Positions 1 to 12,299 of a DNA stretch of 64,000 nucleotides are shown here, piece by piece. The notes beneath the pieces were generated by a model that saw only the letters and a list, made by a program, of their open reading frames with translations, did no database searches and was not told where the DNA came from. A program made the translations under genes and the position numbers. Origin of the DNA: Rhizodiscina lignyota (Eukaryota); assembly GCA_010015805.1 (NCBI GenBank), contig ML978124.1, positions 248,001-312,000 on the forward strand, read 5' to 3'. Numbering within the stretch: the stretch's first letter is position 1; each line of letters starts with the position of its first letter.

Positions 1-1
1 T

Positions 2-2653
2 GCCGAGAACAAACAGTTTGGCAGCGTCTTTGGTACCCCCACAACAGCGTCGAGCGGCACGTCGAGCGGAGCTCTCTTTGGTGGAACAACATCGGGAACG
101 AGCATGTTTGGCGGCGCGACATCATCCGCGGGAGGATCGAGTACAAGCGTTTTCGGCGGCGCGACTTCTACAGCAGGTGGCTCAGGTACGAGCCTCTTCG
201 GCGGCGGGGCGTCTACCACAGGAGGTTCAAGTACGAACATCTTTGGTAGTGGGACATCTGCTGCAGGAGGCTCAGAATCGAGTGCGACTTCCACTGCGGG
301 AGGTTCAGGTACGAGCCTATTTGGATCCTCAAGCACACCGGCAACATCAACATCAAACCCTTTTGCAGGTGGTGCTTTAACAGGGGGAGTGAAGGCCTCA
401 CCATTTGGGACCCCTGGAGCATCGGGAGGTTTGTTTGGAGGTGGGGGAAGCGGCACCAGTACTCCTGGTACTGGCTTCTCCTTTGGTGCATCAAAACCAG
501 GCAACGATACTCCAAAGACCACGGCAGCGGCTCCATCATCCAACATCTTCTCATCAAAACTAAGCGACACACCTGCTACGACCGCTCCAACCCAACAAAA
601 TGCCTTCGGTACTGGCTCGAGCACTAGCCTCTTTGGGGGACAATCGCAAAGTGGCATTGGAAACACCGGAGGCAGCTTGTTCGGCACGCCAGTTTCTTCG
701 GCGGCGGCTAGTACGCCTGCTACCACCGCTCCTCAGACGGGAGGTGGGTTGTTTGGAGCGACATCGCAAGGTTCAACTACTCCGGCTACCCTTTTTGGCG
801 GACACGGTCAAAGCAGTGGTGGAAGTGCCACAAGCGCCCTATTTAGCAGTCTTACCAAAACACCAGCGACTTCGGGTCCGGCTACGAGTGCGCCGGCTAC
901 GACCGCCCAGACGCCCCAGAACATCTTCGGACCTGCCTCTAATTCATCGTCGACTACGCCTGGCATTTTTGGTGGACAGCCGCAGGGTGGTACCGGGAGC
1001 ACAGGAGGTAGTTTGTTCAGTAACCAGGGCAAGCCGGCAGCCTCTGCAGCTCAAACTGCCAGTACGCCTGCCGCAAACAAGCCTCTGTTTGCCTCTACAA
1101 CTCCGGCTGCTCCTCCACCATCCCTCAACTTTGGAACTGGATCGCAATCTTCCGCCCCAGCTGCATCTAGCGCACTGTCAAATCTTTTCGGCAAGGCGGC
1201 CCCAGGCACAACCATGAACCTGTTTGGCAAAACTCTAGACCTAGGCCAGACACACAGCGGCTCATCGACACCTGCACCGACTACCACTACAACGAGCTCC
1301 GCACCAGTAGCAGTCCCAGCTCTCTTTCAGCCTTCAGCTAGTGCGCAGCAGCAACAACAGTCAGGAGGACTTTTCAAGTTGCCCGGAACAACCGCTGCTT
1401 CTCAGGGCACGTCTGCAACAAAACCTGCTGGAAATCTATTCGGAACACCTGGTTCTACGCCTGCGGCCGATTCCTCAGGAATGACGCCAAATCTCTTCAG
1501 TGGTTTGGGCCAATCGAAGCCTTCTACACCAGCTGCGTCAGGCGCGTCAGCAGCTCCGTCAGCCCCAGCAACATCCGCATCATCATCGAATCTCTTCGGT
1601 AGCACGCCAGCGACATCTGCACCATCTGCAAACCTCTTCAGCGGTCTAGGCGGTTCAAGTGGCACCGCTAAAACAACAACATCTGCTGCGGCAGCTACTA
1701 CAGCTGCACCGGCAGCAGGTAATGTTTTCGGTGGCTTGGGCAGCTCAAAGCCAGCTGCAACAACTACCACAAACGCCACCGCAGGACCGTCCACCACCGC
1801 GACATCCGGCCCCTCAACTTCTGCACCTGCTCCCAGCGGCACAACGACGTCGAGTACGCCCGCAGCGGACTCTACAGCCGCCCTGGGCTCCTCAACCACA
1901 GGTCCCGCGCCCTCGCAACAGTCTCGCCTTCGCCAAAGAACTCTTGACGATATCCTCACCCGCTGGGCCACAGACCTGACAAAATACCAGAAGGAATTCA
2001 CCCGGCAGGCCGAACAAGTCTCTGCCTGGGATCGCATGCTCGTTGAGAACAGCAACAAGATCGGAGATCTCTACTCGCGCGCCTACAGTGCTGAGAGCGA
2101 TGCCAGAGAAGTCGAGAAACAGTTGTTGAAAGTGGAGGATCAGCAGGAGGAGCTGGGTGTGTGGTTGGATCGGTATGAGCACGAGGTTGATCAGATGATT
2201 TCGCGCATGGGCGGGCCAAGTGGAGATGGGGGATTGCAGGGTGTGGATGCGGAGAGGGAGAGGACGTACAGGATGGCAGAGAAGCTGGGTGAGAGGCTTG
2301 GTGGTTTGAATAAGGAGTTGAGTGAGGTGATCGGGGAGATTAATGATGTTAGTGGGCAGTTGAATCGCAGTGGGAAAGGGGATGATCCGGTAAGTCATTC
2401 CATGACAGCTCGTGGGTTGGCGGAAAGCAATACTGACGAATCGTCACAGTTGGAACAAGTTGTTCGCGTGCTCAACCAGCACCTTCAGCAGTTGCAGGTC
2501 ATTGATGTTGGTGCGGAAGCTCTGCATGCGCGTGTCTCTGCTGCACAAGCTGAGCAGAGAGCTGCGTTTGGTAGGAGTGGAAGGGGCACGAGTATGAATG
2601 GAGGTGGCGCAGCAGATGACTTCTACAGAAGCTTTGTGGGAGGCCGTCGTTAA
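2..2653 (+). CDS. NSP1: FG-repeat nucleoporin Nsp1/Nup62, 5'-truncated by window edge
   Basis: The frame is open from base 2 (AENKQFGSVFG...). Long FG/LFG Ser-Thr-Ala-rich region, then an Nsp1_C-type coiled coil (LDDILTRWATDL..., RERTYRMAEKL). Probable 60-nt intron 2390-2449 (GTAAGT...TACTGAC...CAG). Confidence 0.93.
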   Translation, partial: AENKQFGSVFGTPTTASSGTSSGALFGGTTSGTSMFGGATSSAGGSSTSVFGGATSTAGGSGTSLFGGGASTTGGSSTNIFGSGTSAAGGSESSATSTAGGSGTSLFGSSSTPATSTSNPFAGGALTGGVKASPFGTPGASGGLFGGGGSGTSTPGTGFSFGASKPGNDTPKTTAAAPSSNIFSSKLSDTPATTAPTQQNAFGTGSSTSLFGGQSQSGIGNTGGSLFGTPVSSAAASTPATTAPQTGGGLFGATSQGSTTPATLFGGHGQSSGGSATSALFSSLTKTPATSGPATSAPATTAQTPQNIFGPASNSSSTTPGIFGGQPQGGTGSTGGSLFSNQGKPAASAAQTASTPAANKPLFASTTPAAPPPSLNFGTGSQSSAPAASSALSNLFGKAAPGTTMNLFGKTLDLGQTHSGSSTPAPTTTTTSSAPVAVPALFQPSASAQQQQQSGGLFKLPGTTAASQGTSATKPAGNLFGTPGSTPAADSSGMTPNLFSGLGQSKPSTPAASGASAAPSAPATSASSSNLFGSTPATSAPSANLFSGLGGSSGTAKTTTSAAAATTAAPAAGNVFGGLGSSKPAATTTTNATAGPSTTATSGPSTSAPAPSGTTTSSTPAADSTAALGSSTTGPAPSQQSRLRQRTLDDILTRWATDLTKYQKEFTRQAEQVSAWDRMLVENSNKIGDLYSRAYSAESDAREVEKQLLKVEDQQEELGVWLDRYEHEVDQMISRMGGPSGDGGLQGVDAERERTYRMAEKLGERLGGLNKELSEVIGEINDVSGQLNRSGKGDDPVSHSMTARGLAESNTDESSQLEQVVRVLNQHLQQLQVIDVGAEALHARVSAAQAEQRAAFGRSGRGTSMNGGGAADDFYRSFVGGRR

Positions 2654-3288
2654 CGGATTTCAACATGGAGCTTGCGAGATGAGTGGATTGAGAAGCATTG
2701 GCATGTTCAAAAGGGCTAGTTTCTTACGAGCGACGATGGAGGTCACAAAGCTCCGGCAAAGTGTCACTCCCAGAAGACTAGGCATTTCGTGTTTTAGCGT
2801 TGGTGGCTATCGACAATGGATTAAACCTGGAGTTGTCAGCACTGGCGAGTTAAGAAAAGCATCGACATGGAAATTGATTTTTGGGCTGTCGAAAATAGTA
2901 TAGCCAGTGCGTCTTGTTGTACCATATGATCATGGGGAGGTTTTGACACCAGTATAATCGGAATTGACTCTGATCTCCTCACGGCTTGACTTATAAGCCT
3001 CCTCTGTTCTACTTGTGATTTTCCATTTCCGCCAATCAGGTTATTTCAATGGCTTCCTAACTGTTTTCTAATCCAAACTGGGCTAGCCGGCCGAGGACCA
3101 ATAAACATCCGGCGTCCTCGCTGATTCCCTTCCTCCTTTCCGTTACTTTCCACTACCACTGCCCATTTTTGTGCTTGCAGTCTATTTTGCGGCAAGGTCC
3201 TTTCGGTTAGAAGCCTGTCTCTTCAGACCACGGCTCCGTGGGAAAGCATTCACTGACTCAATTAAATTGCCGACCTTCAAACTAGCCA

Positions 3289-4698
3289 ATGAAGCGCGGC
3301 TCGACACGGGTGCATGGCTGTTCAGTCTGTAAAGCGAGGAAAATCAAAGCAAGTTCCCTTCTAGAATATTTCTCCTTTCCTCCGTGCCCTATCAGGAATA
3401 TCTGCTAATAAATTTCCGCAGTGTGACGCTAAATCTCCGCAATGCTCCCGCTGCGTGAAAGCGGGCATCAGCTGCCCTGGCGTCAATAGTGGATTCATCT
3501 TCTTAAATACCGTGGCACCGGCCGGTAATAGCATCCATAATGAGGCAACTCGACTCCCATCTCCTATTGTTGGGTCGCAGTTTTTACGTCAGGAGTGTCT
3601 CAGGCTAGCAGTGGGTATCGCTCATCACCACCGCAGCCTTTGGAGCCCCGAACCATGGTTTCTTGGAATACCACGACTGCATTCTAGCGATGAAACCGAG
3701 TCCTCGGTTCTTTCCTCCATGCACGCAATAGCATCTGCATTTGGCACGCTGAGCACGCGAGATCCCAGGGTTGCGGCTAGCTCTCGATCGTACTATGCAA
3801 CCGCGCTGCAGGTGCAGCGAATGGATCTGGCGCGGCTGCAGCCAGTTATGACCCCGGCGAACGAATCAGTCCTTAGTAAGATAAAGACTGATTACAAGGA
3901 GAAGCTCGTTATCTTTCTCGTGCGCTCGATGCTATTGACCGAGTTTGAGATTATGCAGCCACTTATGAATTTCTCGTTTTGGAACCACGCTTTCGCTGCG
4001 GGCCGCATGTTGGAAATTCTGGGCCCGGAGAGCTGTATTGAGTCTCCGGTGCATCAATTGTTTCTGCTCTTGCGATTTCAGAAGGTGCGTGTGCTCTCGC
4101 TTGCAATACGTGGACTGAGTTCTGATCCGAATAGGCATACATTGCGTTGGCAGGTGATACACCAACCTTCTTGGGTACGCTTCCATGGATTACCATACCC
4201 TTTTCGGCCTACCCAAAAGGTGACCATGATGTTCTATTTGACATTCTTCTCGAAATCACGCAAGTGCGAACCGACAAATGGACGCAAGATGGATCGACTC
4301 GCGCAGAATCCCTGAATGAGCTCAACCGCTTACTCGAAAAACTTGACATATACCACAAAAAAATCAAAGACAACATGATCACGAATGGATTTGAATCGCC
4401 TCACGACTTTAACCTGATTGATATTCTACGCAGTATCGCCTGTCTCGCCATCGCTCGGAAAATGGCGCTCCTGGTACCAGACGAGAAATCGCCCACAGAC
4501 ATCGACATCGATGAGCATTGTCGCTTCATAATATCATGTGCGCCATATATCTCGACCGCAGCTACGTTCAGTCGGCAACTGCATATCATGTTTGCTATCC
4601 ATCTGGCTTCAATTTATGCAGAATCGGAAGAGGTTCGACATCACGCTCTGGAAGAGTTCACGGCATGGCAACAATCTTTGACTGCAGTGAATTCCTGA
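3289..4698 (+). CDS. Zn(II)2Cys6 fungal transcription factor (3 exons)
   Basis: ATG 3289. Removing GC-AG intron 3349-3421 gives [30 protein letters not shown], a complete binuclear cluster. Second intron 4085-4134 joins ORF 3455 to ORF 4147-4698 in frame. Confidence 0.88.
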
Positions 4699-4935
4699 TC
4701 AACCAACAACAACTATTTTGCATCTTAATATTCACGCAGCGACAAGAATCCGTCACAATATACAGGAATGACGGCCCGAAATCGGCATTTGCGGGGAATT
4801 CAGCCTAAATCTCATGCGAGATGCTCCTTCGGGCATGCATGCAGGTAGCTGTCATGGGCTTTATATTCGAGTCTCACCAGCTTGCAATTATCCCCGAACG
4901 ACCTTCTCAGGAATTTCTCAACCTGATCAATCAAA

Positions 4936-5913
4936 ATGCCGAGCCCAAAGCCCCTCGTCACTCATATCTACACAGCAGATCCCTCTGCACATGTCTTCGA
5001 CGGCAAGCTTTACATCTACCCCTCACACGACCGCGAAAACAGCCAGGTCGAACGCGACAACACCGGCGAGCAATATGACATGGTGGATTACCACGTTCTT
5101 TCTATGGACACTGTCGGCGGCTCTGTGACGGACCACGGCATCGCCTTAAGTGTGGAGCAAGTCTCCTGGGCGGCGAAACAGCTCTGGGCGCCAGACGCAG
5201 CGTGCAAGAATGGAAAATACTACCTCTATTTTCCTGCGAGAGATAAAGAAAAAATCTTTCGTATTGGTGTTGCGGTTAGCGATGTGCCTTCTGGTCCGTT
5301 TAAAGCCGAGCCGCAGCCTATACCGGGGAGCTATAGCATCGATCCCGCGTCCTTCATCGACGATGACGGAAATGCCTATCTGTATTTCGGTGGGATATGG
5401 GGCGGCGAGCTGCAATGCTGGACATCCGGCACATTCGACGCCTCGAAAACCGGTCCCCAGGAACCCACAGGCGATGCTCCCGCCTTATTCCCGCGTGTCG
5501 CAAAGCTCAGCGACGACATGCTCTCCTTCCCCAATGGCGTCGAAGAACTCCAGATCCTCGACGAGAACGGAGACCTACTGAAAGGGAAAGATCATGACAG
5601 ACGCTTCTTCGAGGCCCCTTGGATGCACAAGTATAACGGAATGTACTACTTTAGCTACTCGACCGGCGACACGCACTGCATCGCATATGCGACGAGTACG
5701 AGTCCGATGGGCCCGTTTACGTATCGTGGACGGATTCTGGAACCGGTGGTCGGGTGGACGACACACCATTCGATTGTGGAGTGGGAGGGGCGTTGGTGGC
5801 TTTTCTACCATGATTGTGAATTGTCCGGGGGTGTGAGCCATTTGCGGAGTGTGAAGATGAGAGAGTTATTGTATGATGGGGAGGGAAGGATTAGGCTTGC
5901 GGAACCGCAGTGA
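4936..5913 (+). CDS. GH43 beta-xylosidase/arabinofuranosidase (GH43_1 type, no signal peptide)
   Basis: YTADPSAHVF (base Asp), WAPDAA, SIDPASF, RRFFEAPW (acid Glu), GWTTHHSIVE. Intronless, 325 aa. Confidence 0.93.
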   Translation: MPSPKPLVTHIYTADPSAHVFDGKLYIYPSHDRENSQVERDNTGEQYDMVDYHVLSMDTVGGSVTDHGIALSVEQVSWAAKQLWAPDAACKNGKYYLYFPARDKEKIFRIGVAVSDVPSGPFKAEPQPIPGSYSIDPASFIDDDGNAYLYFGGIWGGELQCWTSGTFDASKTGPQEPTGDAPALFPRVAKLSDDMLSFPNGVEELQILDENGDLLKGKDHDRRFFEAPWMHKYNGMYYFSYSTGDTHCIAYATSTSPMGPFTYRGRILEPVVGWTTHHSIVEWEGRWWLFYHDCELSGGVSHLRSVKMRELLYDGEGRIRLAEPQ

Positions 5914-6099
5914 GCAGAATGGTCGGGATGTTCGGACTGAAGAAGCGTGAAGATTACTCAAGACTATGGCAGGCAGGTTCCGGGAATCAAACTAGACTGA
6001 CACACAGGAGGGATATAGATTACTGATGTTACCATAGATCCAGGTCGGTATCATATGATGGCCCTCAAGTGGCCAGTTTATTCGCTATAACTTCGCGTT

Positions 6100-7430
6100 T
6101 CAGAGTTGAGCCCTCCGCGCCGCCTCTTCTTCGGCCCTCAGTGCACAATCCCGTTCGAAATCCTGCTTCACCGACACAGCAAACTCGTCATCCTGCAGAA
6201 CTCGAAGCCCCACAGAACTCATCCCCTTGGCTGCCACAAGCGTTGCACGGAACCCTGCCTCCGTTCCAGCCGCTTTCTCGAATCCCGGAGTGTGTGGGAA
6301 GTGGCCGTTCGACGGGATATCGAAACCGCCATGGAAGGCCGGACATTCATAACTGACATTGCCCTGATCTCCTGACACTTGTAAAGGAAGAGGCTTCTCG
6401 GCGGTGCCGAACGTTCGGATGCCCATTTTCCCCATCGATGCACTGAATTCTGTACATATTGGCCCGTTGATACGCATATCCGCGTATGAGACTTCTGGCT
6501 CGATAGATATAGTGCAGCCAGTCGCGATGGCAGCACCACGCACACAGTCTTCTACGCGTGTCTGGAGGGACTGGACAATTGCTTTCGTACTGGCGCGGAA
6601 TTGGACTACTATGCTTGTTTTGTTCGGTATGACATTTGTCTTGTTGCCACCATTTGAGATGAAGCTGTGCAGTTTCTCTGATGGCGCTAGTTGCTGGCGG
6701 AGCATCGAAAGGGCGTTGTACGCAAGTACCGCAGCGTCAAGAGCGTTCTTCCCCTGCCACGGACTCATTGCTGCGTGCGCGGCTTTTCCTGTGAATGTGA
6801 CTGACAATCTTCCGGTCGCTAACAACAATGCTGCAGAGGCTGCAGTGTTACTTCCTCTCCTCCCGGTGGGACCTGGATGACATAACAAACATGCGTCTGT
6901 GTCTTTGAAGGCCCCAGCTTCGATCAATTTGATCTTGCCGCCTCCACCTTCCTCTGCAGGTGTGCCTAAGATGCGGACGCGTCCCTGAGTTCCATCGGGT
7001 GCTTCGCGAAGAGCGTAAGCAGCGCCGAGAAATGCTGCTATCGAACATGTCGCAAGGAGGTTGTGCGCGCACGCATGTCCAATTCCTGGCAGTGCATCAT
7101 ATTCTGCGTTGAACGTGACGAGCCGGCCGCCAGAACCGTAGACGGCCTCGAAGGAGGTAGCGAGTCCGTATGCGTGCCTTGTTACATTGAATCCTAGCGT
7201 TTCCAACAAGTCGGAGATGTTGTCGTGAGCTTGGAACTCCTCATACCCTAGCTCTGGGTTTGTGTATATCTGGGAAACCGTGAGATGTTGGTTTTCTATT
7301 TTCCCGATGGAAAAGCTACCTTTTGATTGAGAGTGTTGAGATCATCAGAGAGACCGTCAATGACTTCTGAGTATGTTAAGCCGGTTGGGATTTTGTTCAA
7401 AATTTTCGGATGAGCACGTTGCGGTGACAT
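6100..7430 (-). CDS. M20 family amidohydrolase (ACY1L2/PM20D2-like)
   Basis: ATG 7430, intron 7270-7319. Motifs NPELGYEEF, AEYDALPGIGHACAHN, GTPAEEGGGGK, GKAAHAA..PW.G.NALDA, DQGNVS. Confidence 0.92.
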
Positions 7431-8896
7431 GATCTAAATCCAGCTAGTCTCGTACGAGGTCTCAATTGCTCTACTCCGTAGAGTAATGCCCGACGTCAAA
7501 AGCGAAACACGACAGGAGGAGAAATACTCTGGAATAGTTATATTATGAAAAGATTCTCTTGAGTGTGCGTTAATTCCGAGACAACAAGTCGGAATCGAAC
7601 TTGCATGCTACTAAAAGATGAATAGGCGGCCTAGAGCTTATATTGGCCGCTCTTTGAACCTTGCAAGCCGTGAGTAAACATGCCGAAATGCAGGTGAGAC
7701 CATCTGATCCGAGATCCGAGTCTGCGCAATATCGCCTCCATAATTGTGGTGTTCTCGATGACAGCGCTGACCATGGCCGCTCGTTAATGGACAGTTATCC
7801 ACGATATATCCATCACGGTGGCCGCTTTAGAGCGGATCACGAGTCGAATTTCATTGTTCATGTAGACAGGGTCTTCTCTTGTCATCGTCTCTTCATGATA
7901 TCGAAGTTTTCTTACGGGCCGAACGCTTTTTGGTTGATCTTCTCCAGGCAGATGGATGTACAAGGAGAGGCGAGAACTGCATTTGAGTGCAGTGGGAGGA
8001 GTTGTACAGTTTGTTGGAAGCAAGAGGATTAAAAGGCACCCCTATCTCGGTATCTCTTCCGTGAGGGCGCTTGACCTGAATGGCTATGTGGCGTCCTCGC
8101 TCTGCACCGCCACACTACTTTTTAAGGCAGGATGAGCGAGATCAGGTTTTTCGCCGTCTCACATCTCCACATCTTCGGCCGTACCGAGCAAGAGTCAACT
8201 GATCCAGGCATTGCACTTTGACCGCGTCTCCAAACTATAACTAATACAGCTCTTTCATGGTCACTCGTGTCACCAATTAGTCGTTCCTTTTGAGTCCCCC
8301 CATCCCCGCCGCCGAGCTTCCTGAAACAGATGAAGCTGGCCGCGCTATTCGGGCACGCCTGCACTCATGTTCCACTGCACTGCGGGATGGCAAGCCGGAC
8401 CTCCCACGTCAGAAGCGAGCCCGAAATGTTGGATTATAACTGTGTACGCACTTATTCCAGGAAGCTCAGGAACCGGACCCTATTCAGCAGGTCAGTCATG
8501 CAGTTCAGCCCTTCAGCGAGCGACTTCTTCGATTCAATCCAGCCACGTGTAGGGATCGTCGTTTGGAACTGTCAAATGCGGCTACTCAGCCGCGGGAGAT
8601 CAGCAGCTGCGGTGTCGAAGCAAGCTGCAAGTCGTACCCCCGTGGCGAATGATATTCTTGTATACGCATTTCCAAGATGCATCTCTCACAAGTCTATATA
8701 TGCTGCTGTCGACATCTTCTCTCCACATTCAACTGGTTGTCCTAGAGTTACCGGCTTGACACGGAGTCTCCAGTGCATTTTCCTTCATTTCACCTTCGCT
8801 CTTCAGCAAATAGCGCTCGCTCCTTCTCACTTTAGTATACATCATATCATACTCCGTAATTGTTTCAAACTCCAATAATCCCAGTAGCGCCTCAAT

Positions 8897-9883
8897 ATGC
8901 GAACGAGTCTTATCCTTGCCTGCTCAGCGGTAACCGCCCATGCGGCGAATATTGTGATGTCCAACGATGATGGTTGGGCGGAGATAAACATCAGGACATT
9001 CTACCAAGCTATTATCGCCGCAGGAAACTCTGCCTTCATCTCTGCGCCAGCTGAGAACAAATCTGGTTCTGGTAAGTCGTACTCCAATTCAATATGCGGG
9101 ATGCGGAGGGAGTCTTACATCAACAACTGCAGTGACCGCTAATAGTTTTCGTGTGAAGGCTCGTTAGATGCAACCCCGGAGAAATTGGACGAACCATGCG
9201 AATTCAATTCTTGCCCGACCGGAAGTCCGGCAACAGGAAACAACGCCTCGATGCCACAGTTTAACTATGTCAACTCATATCCCGTAACATCCATCAAATA
9301 TGGCATTCAAACTCTAGCATCCACCTTGCTTCCAGGTCCAATCGACATTGCAGTTACGGGACCAAACGTCGGATCCAATCTCGGACTCACTACCCAGCTC
9401 TCTGGCACTGTTGGAGCAGCGACTGAAGCAGCGAAGGAAGGAATTCCGGCGATCGCTTTCAGCGGCAGCTCCGGCGATGCTACAGCGTGGAATGTGCCAG
9501 CGCCGAGCTACGCTTTAGTGTATGCAGACTTGGCTACCAATGTCACCGATACCCTTCTTGCCTCGGGTTCGCCGTACTTGCCAAAAAATGTCTGGCTCAA
9601 CGTCAACTTCCCTGATAGCGATGCCTCGACGTGCTCTTCGGCTTCCGATTTCAAGTTCGTCCTTTCGAGAATCAACACCGCCGTTCCAATAATTTCCGGC
9701 GACGACGTATCTACGTGTGGCAACAACAAGCGACTACCGACCGAAAGTGACGTTGTAGGGACGGCGAGATGCTATGCAAGCATCAGCGTTGGACACGCGG
9801 ATACCAAGCTGACTGCGAGCGCGTCTGAGCAAAGTGTTGTTTTGCAAAAGCTCAGTTCCATATTATCGTGTCTGCCATCTTAG
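8897..9883 (+). CDS. Secreted SurE-like 5'-nucleotidase/acid phosphatase
   Basis: Signal peptide. Motifs MSNDDG, SAPAENKSG, GPNVGSNLG, SGTVGAA, GIPAIAFS, LNVNFP. Intron 9072-9158 joins the two ORFs in frame. Confidence 0.9.
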
Positions 9884-10616
9884 AGGTATTGCTGCGAACA
9901 CATCGTCACGTTCGCCCCAATGCCACCTTCAGTCATTCAGCAACTGTAATTAACGCAAAGTTTACCTTATATACCATTCATGCCGTGGCAATGCCTAATC
10001 TTCTTTGATACCGCATTTATGCCTTCAAGTAATTTGTATATCTTAGGCCAACACAATGGATTTTAAGAACATGTACCGAATATTATTTGGATATATGGTT
10101 TTGCTCGCGGTCAATGCGGAGGCGGAGAGCAGGTGAGCACTGGAGAGTCCTATCGGGTTCTTTTCCGCTTCCCCGGCCGCCAACCTAGCGTCCTCCAGGT
10201 CTTGCTTAAATCGATCACACAACTTCTCCCCGAATCGTTGCTTAACGTATGCTTGTTGCTTTATGTTATTGTCGCGTTTCCGATTTCGGTTTCTTCAGAG
10301 TCACTCCTACATCCCACTCGTACTTGATTACTCCGTAAAGGGTTCGCATATGCCGAGGTGCATTGTTTCATATGTCTCGATTTCTTAGATTGAGCCTGTT
10401 CCTCGATACCAACTTCGCGGAATCCCGACTGTGCAGTCTCATGTACTTCCATGCTATGTAGATACGACAATCCTGCTACTGGCGGCTAGAAACTCCTGCG
10501 CCATTAGCGCTCTCCCCTCCCTTATCTCCCCATCTTCATTCCACGTCCAATTTTTAACTTATTCATTTTTTTGATATCCTTTGTGCCACCAGACATCTCT
10601 ACCTGTCACAGACACA

Positions 10617-12299
10617 ATGAAATCGATAAGATTAAGGGCCGTTTTGGCTCACCTGGAACTTGGCACCAAGAATGACAACGCTGATGCGACACGCATGCGT
10701 CTGCCCAAGCAACTCTCTGTAAGCCCGAATTCCAGTTCTTCGTTTCGTGGCTGACCTTCTTGGAGCGCGACTTTCGCTTAACAGCAATACTTGGCTACAT
10801 GGTCATTCTCGCTCTAACTTATCCATATCTTCTCGTGTATGTCTTTGCGCCTTACACCTCGAAGGCTCTGCTTCAGCTCGCAGACCGACTCACGTTCAAA
10901 CTCTTAGATCAACGCCTCTCAGCCTTGCGAACGGCGGCACTGGCGGCGCCTTTTGGACCTTTGTATGCGTCTGCTTCGGCATGTTCACTATTGCCCTTTC
11001 GATGGCCGAAATGGCTTCTATTGAGCCGTCTGCCGGCGGACAATATCACTGGGTATTGAAGTTTTCTCCTCCTAAACATCGCCGGTGGCTGGCTTTTCTT
11101 GTTGGTATGTCTGTGAACCTACCGCTTCCGCCTTCACAGCCGTCTTCAACGTCTTTCTCCGACGTGTATTGCCGAGCATGGAAGTGGCGGTCTTCGGGAT
11201 CTTTTTCACCATGTTCATCGCCCTTATTGCTATCTTGTTTGGCGTCAATCTCCCGCCAAAACTGCCCGCTCACAATTTAGTCGATTTCCAAGATGGCTCG
11301 GGCTGGGGCTCGAAAGTAGGTGCTTGCTTCGTAGGCATCAGCGGCCCCGTGATAACACTTATCGGCTCCGACTGCGGCGTTCATCTAGCTGAAGAGGTGA
11401 AGGATTCTTCCAAAACGACTGCAAGAGCTATGCTTATCGTCCCGATCATCAACTATGCTATGGGTATTCTCATGGCTTGCTGCCCTTCTGCTTCGGATTG
11501 GCGACCTTGACTCCATCCTCGCCACCCAAACGGGTGAGCCGTTCATCCAGATATTCTGGAATGTATTACAACATCGCTGGAAGGTCGTTCTTGTCGTCGG
11601 CATACTACTTTTTATCTTCACCTTTAGCTCCATGAATACGAATGTCACGGCATCGCGTCAGCTATATGCGTTTGCCCGAGAAGGAGGCGTTCCGTTTTGT
11701 GAATACGTATCAAAGGCAAGTAGTACCGCATCTCGGCTTAACGGCCAGTCCTAACTTCAATTCTGCAGGTGTCACCGGCTTATCGCGTACCTACTCGTGC
11801 CGTTTGGATCACAGGCATAATTGGTATACTAATAAGCCTACTTGCTGCCGGCTCTAGCTTCGCCTTTCTGATCATCCAGACCATAGGCAATTCAGGACTC
11901 CTAACCTCATATATAATCACAATTAGCTGTCGGCTATATCATCGCAATAACGTATCTCTTTACGGAACCCGGGATACTCGGCCACCGGTTTTCCTTGGGA
12001 AAATTTGGGGGAACATTATTAATATTACTGCTATCATCTGTGCTGGAATATTCTCTGTCACTGACTTCTTCCCAGCTGCACCACATCCTACAGCTAGCAC
12101 GTTTAACTATAGTGTAGTAGTATGGGGCGGAATAGGGGTGCTTGCTATTCCTGTTTGGTTCATTTGGGTCAGGCACAGTTTCGGTCGCATGTCGCTAGCC
12201 GATGAAGACAAGCCACTAGAGTCGACGGTGCCGAATACCAAGGGCGGTATGAACGTGGAAGTAAGGTCTGAAGGGACGCTTCCAAAGTTTGAGGTTTAG
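10617..12299 (+). pseudogene. Amino-acid/GABA/choline permease (APC family), probably disrupted
   Basis: Family motifs GT..D..D..RM, L.NGG.GG..W, SMAEMAS..P.AGGQYHWV, HLAEEVKD, ASRQL.AFAR.GG.PF. Frameshift near 11478 with no room for an intron. Expected TM segments between WLAFLVG and FNVFL appear to be missing. GC-AG intron 11716-11768. Confidence 0.75.

Noticed and set aside
18..2398. Multiple alternative-frame and antisense ORFs over NSP1
   Set aside because: Shadows of a repetitive low-complexity coding sequence.
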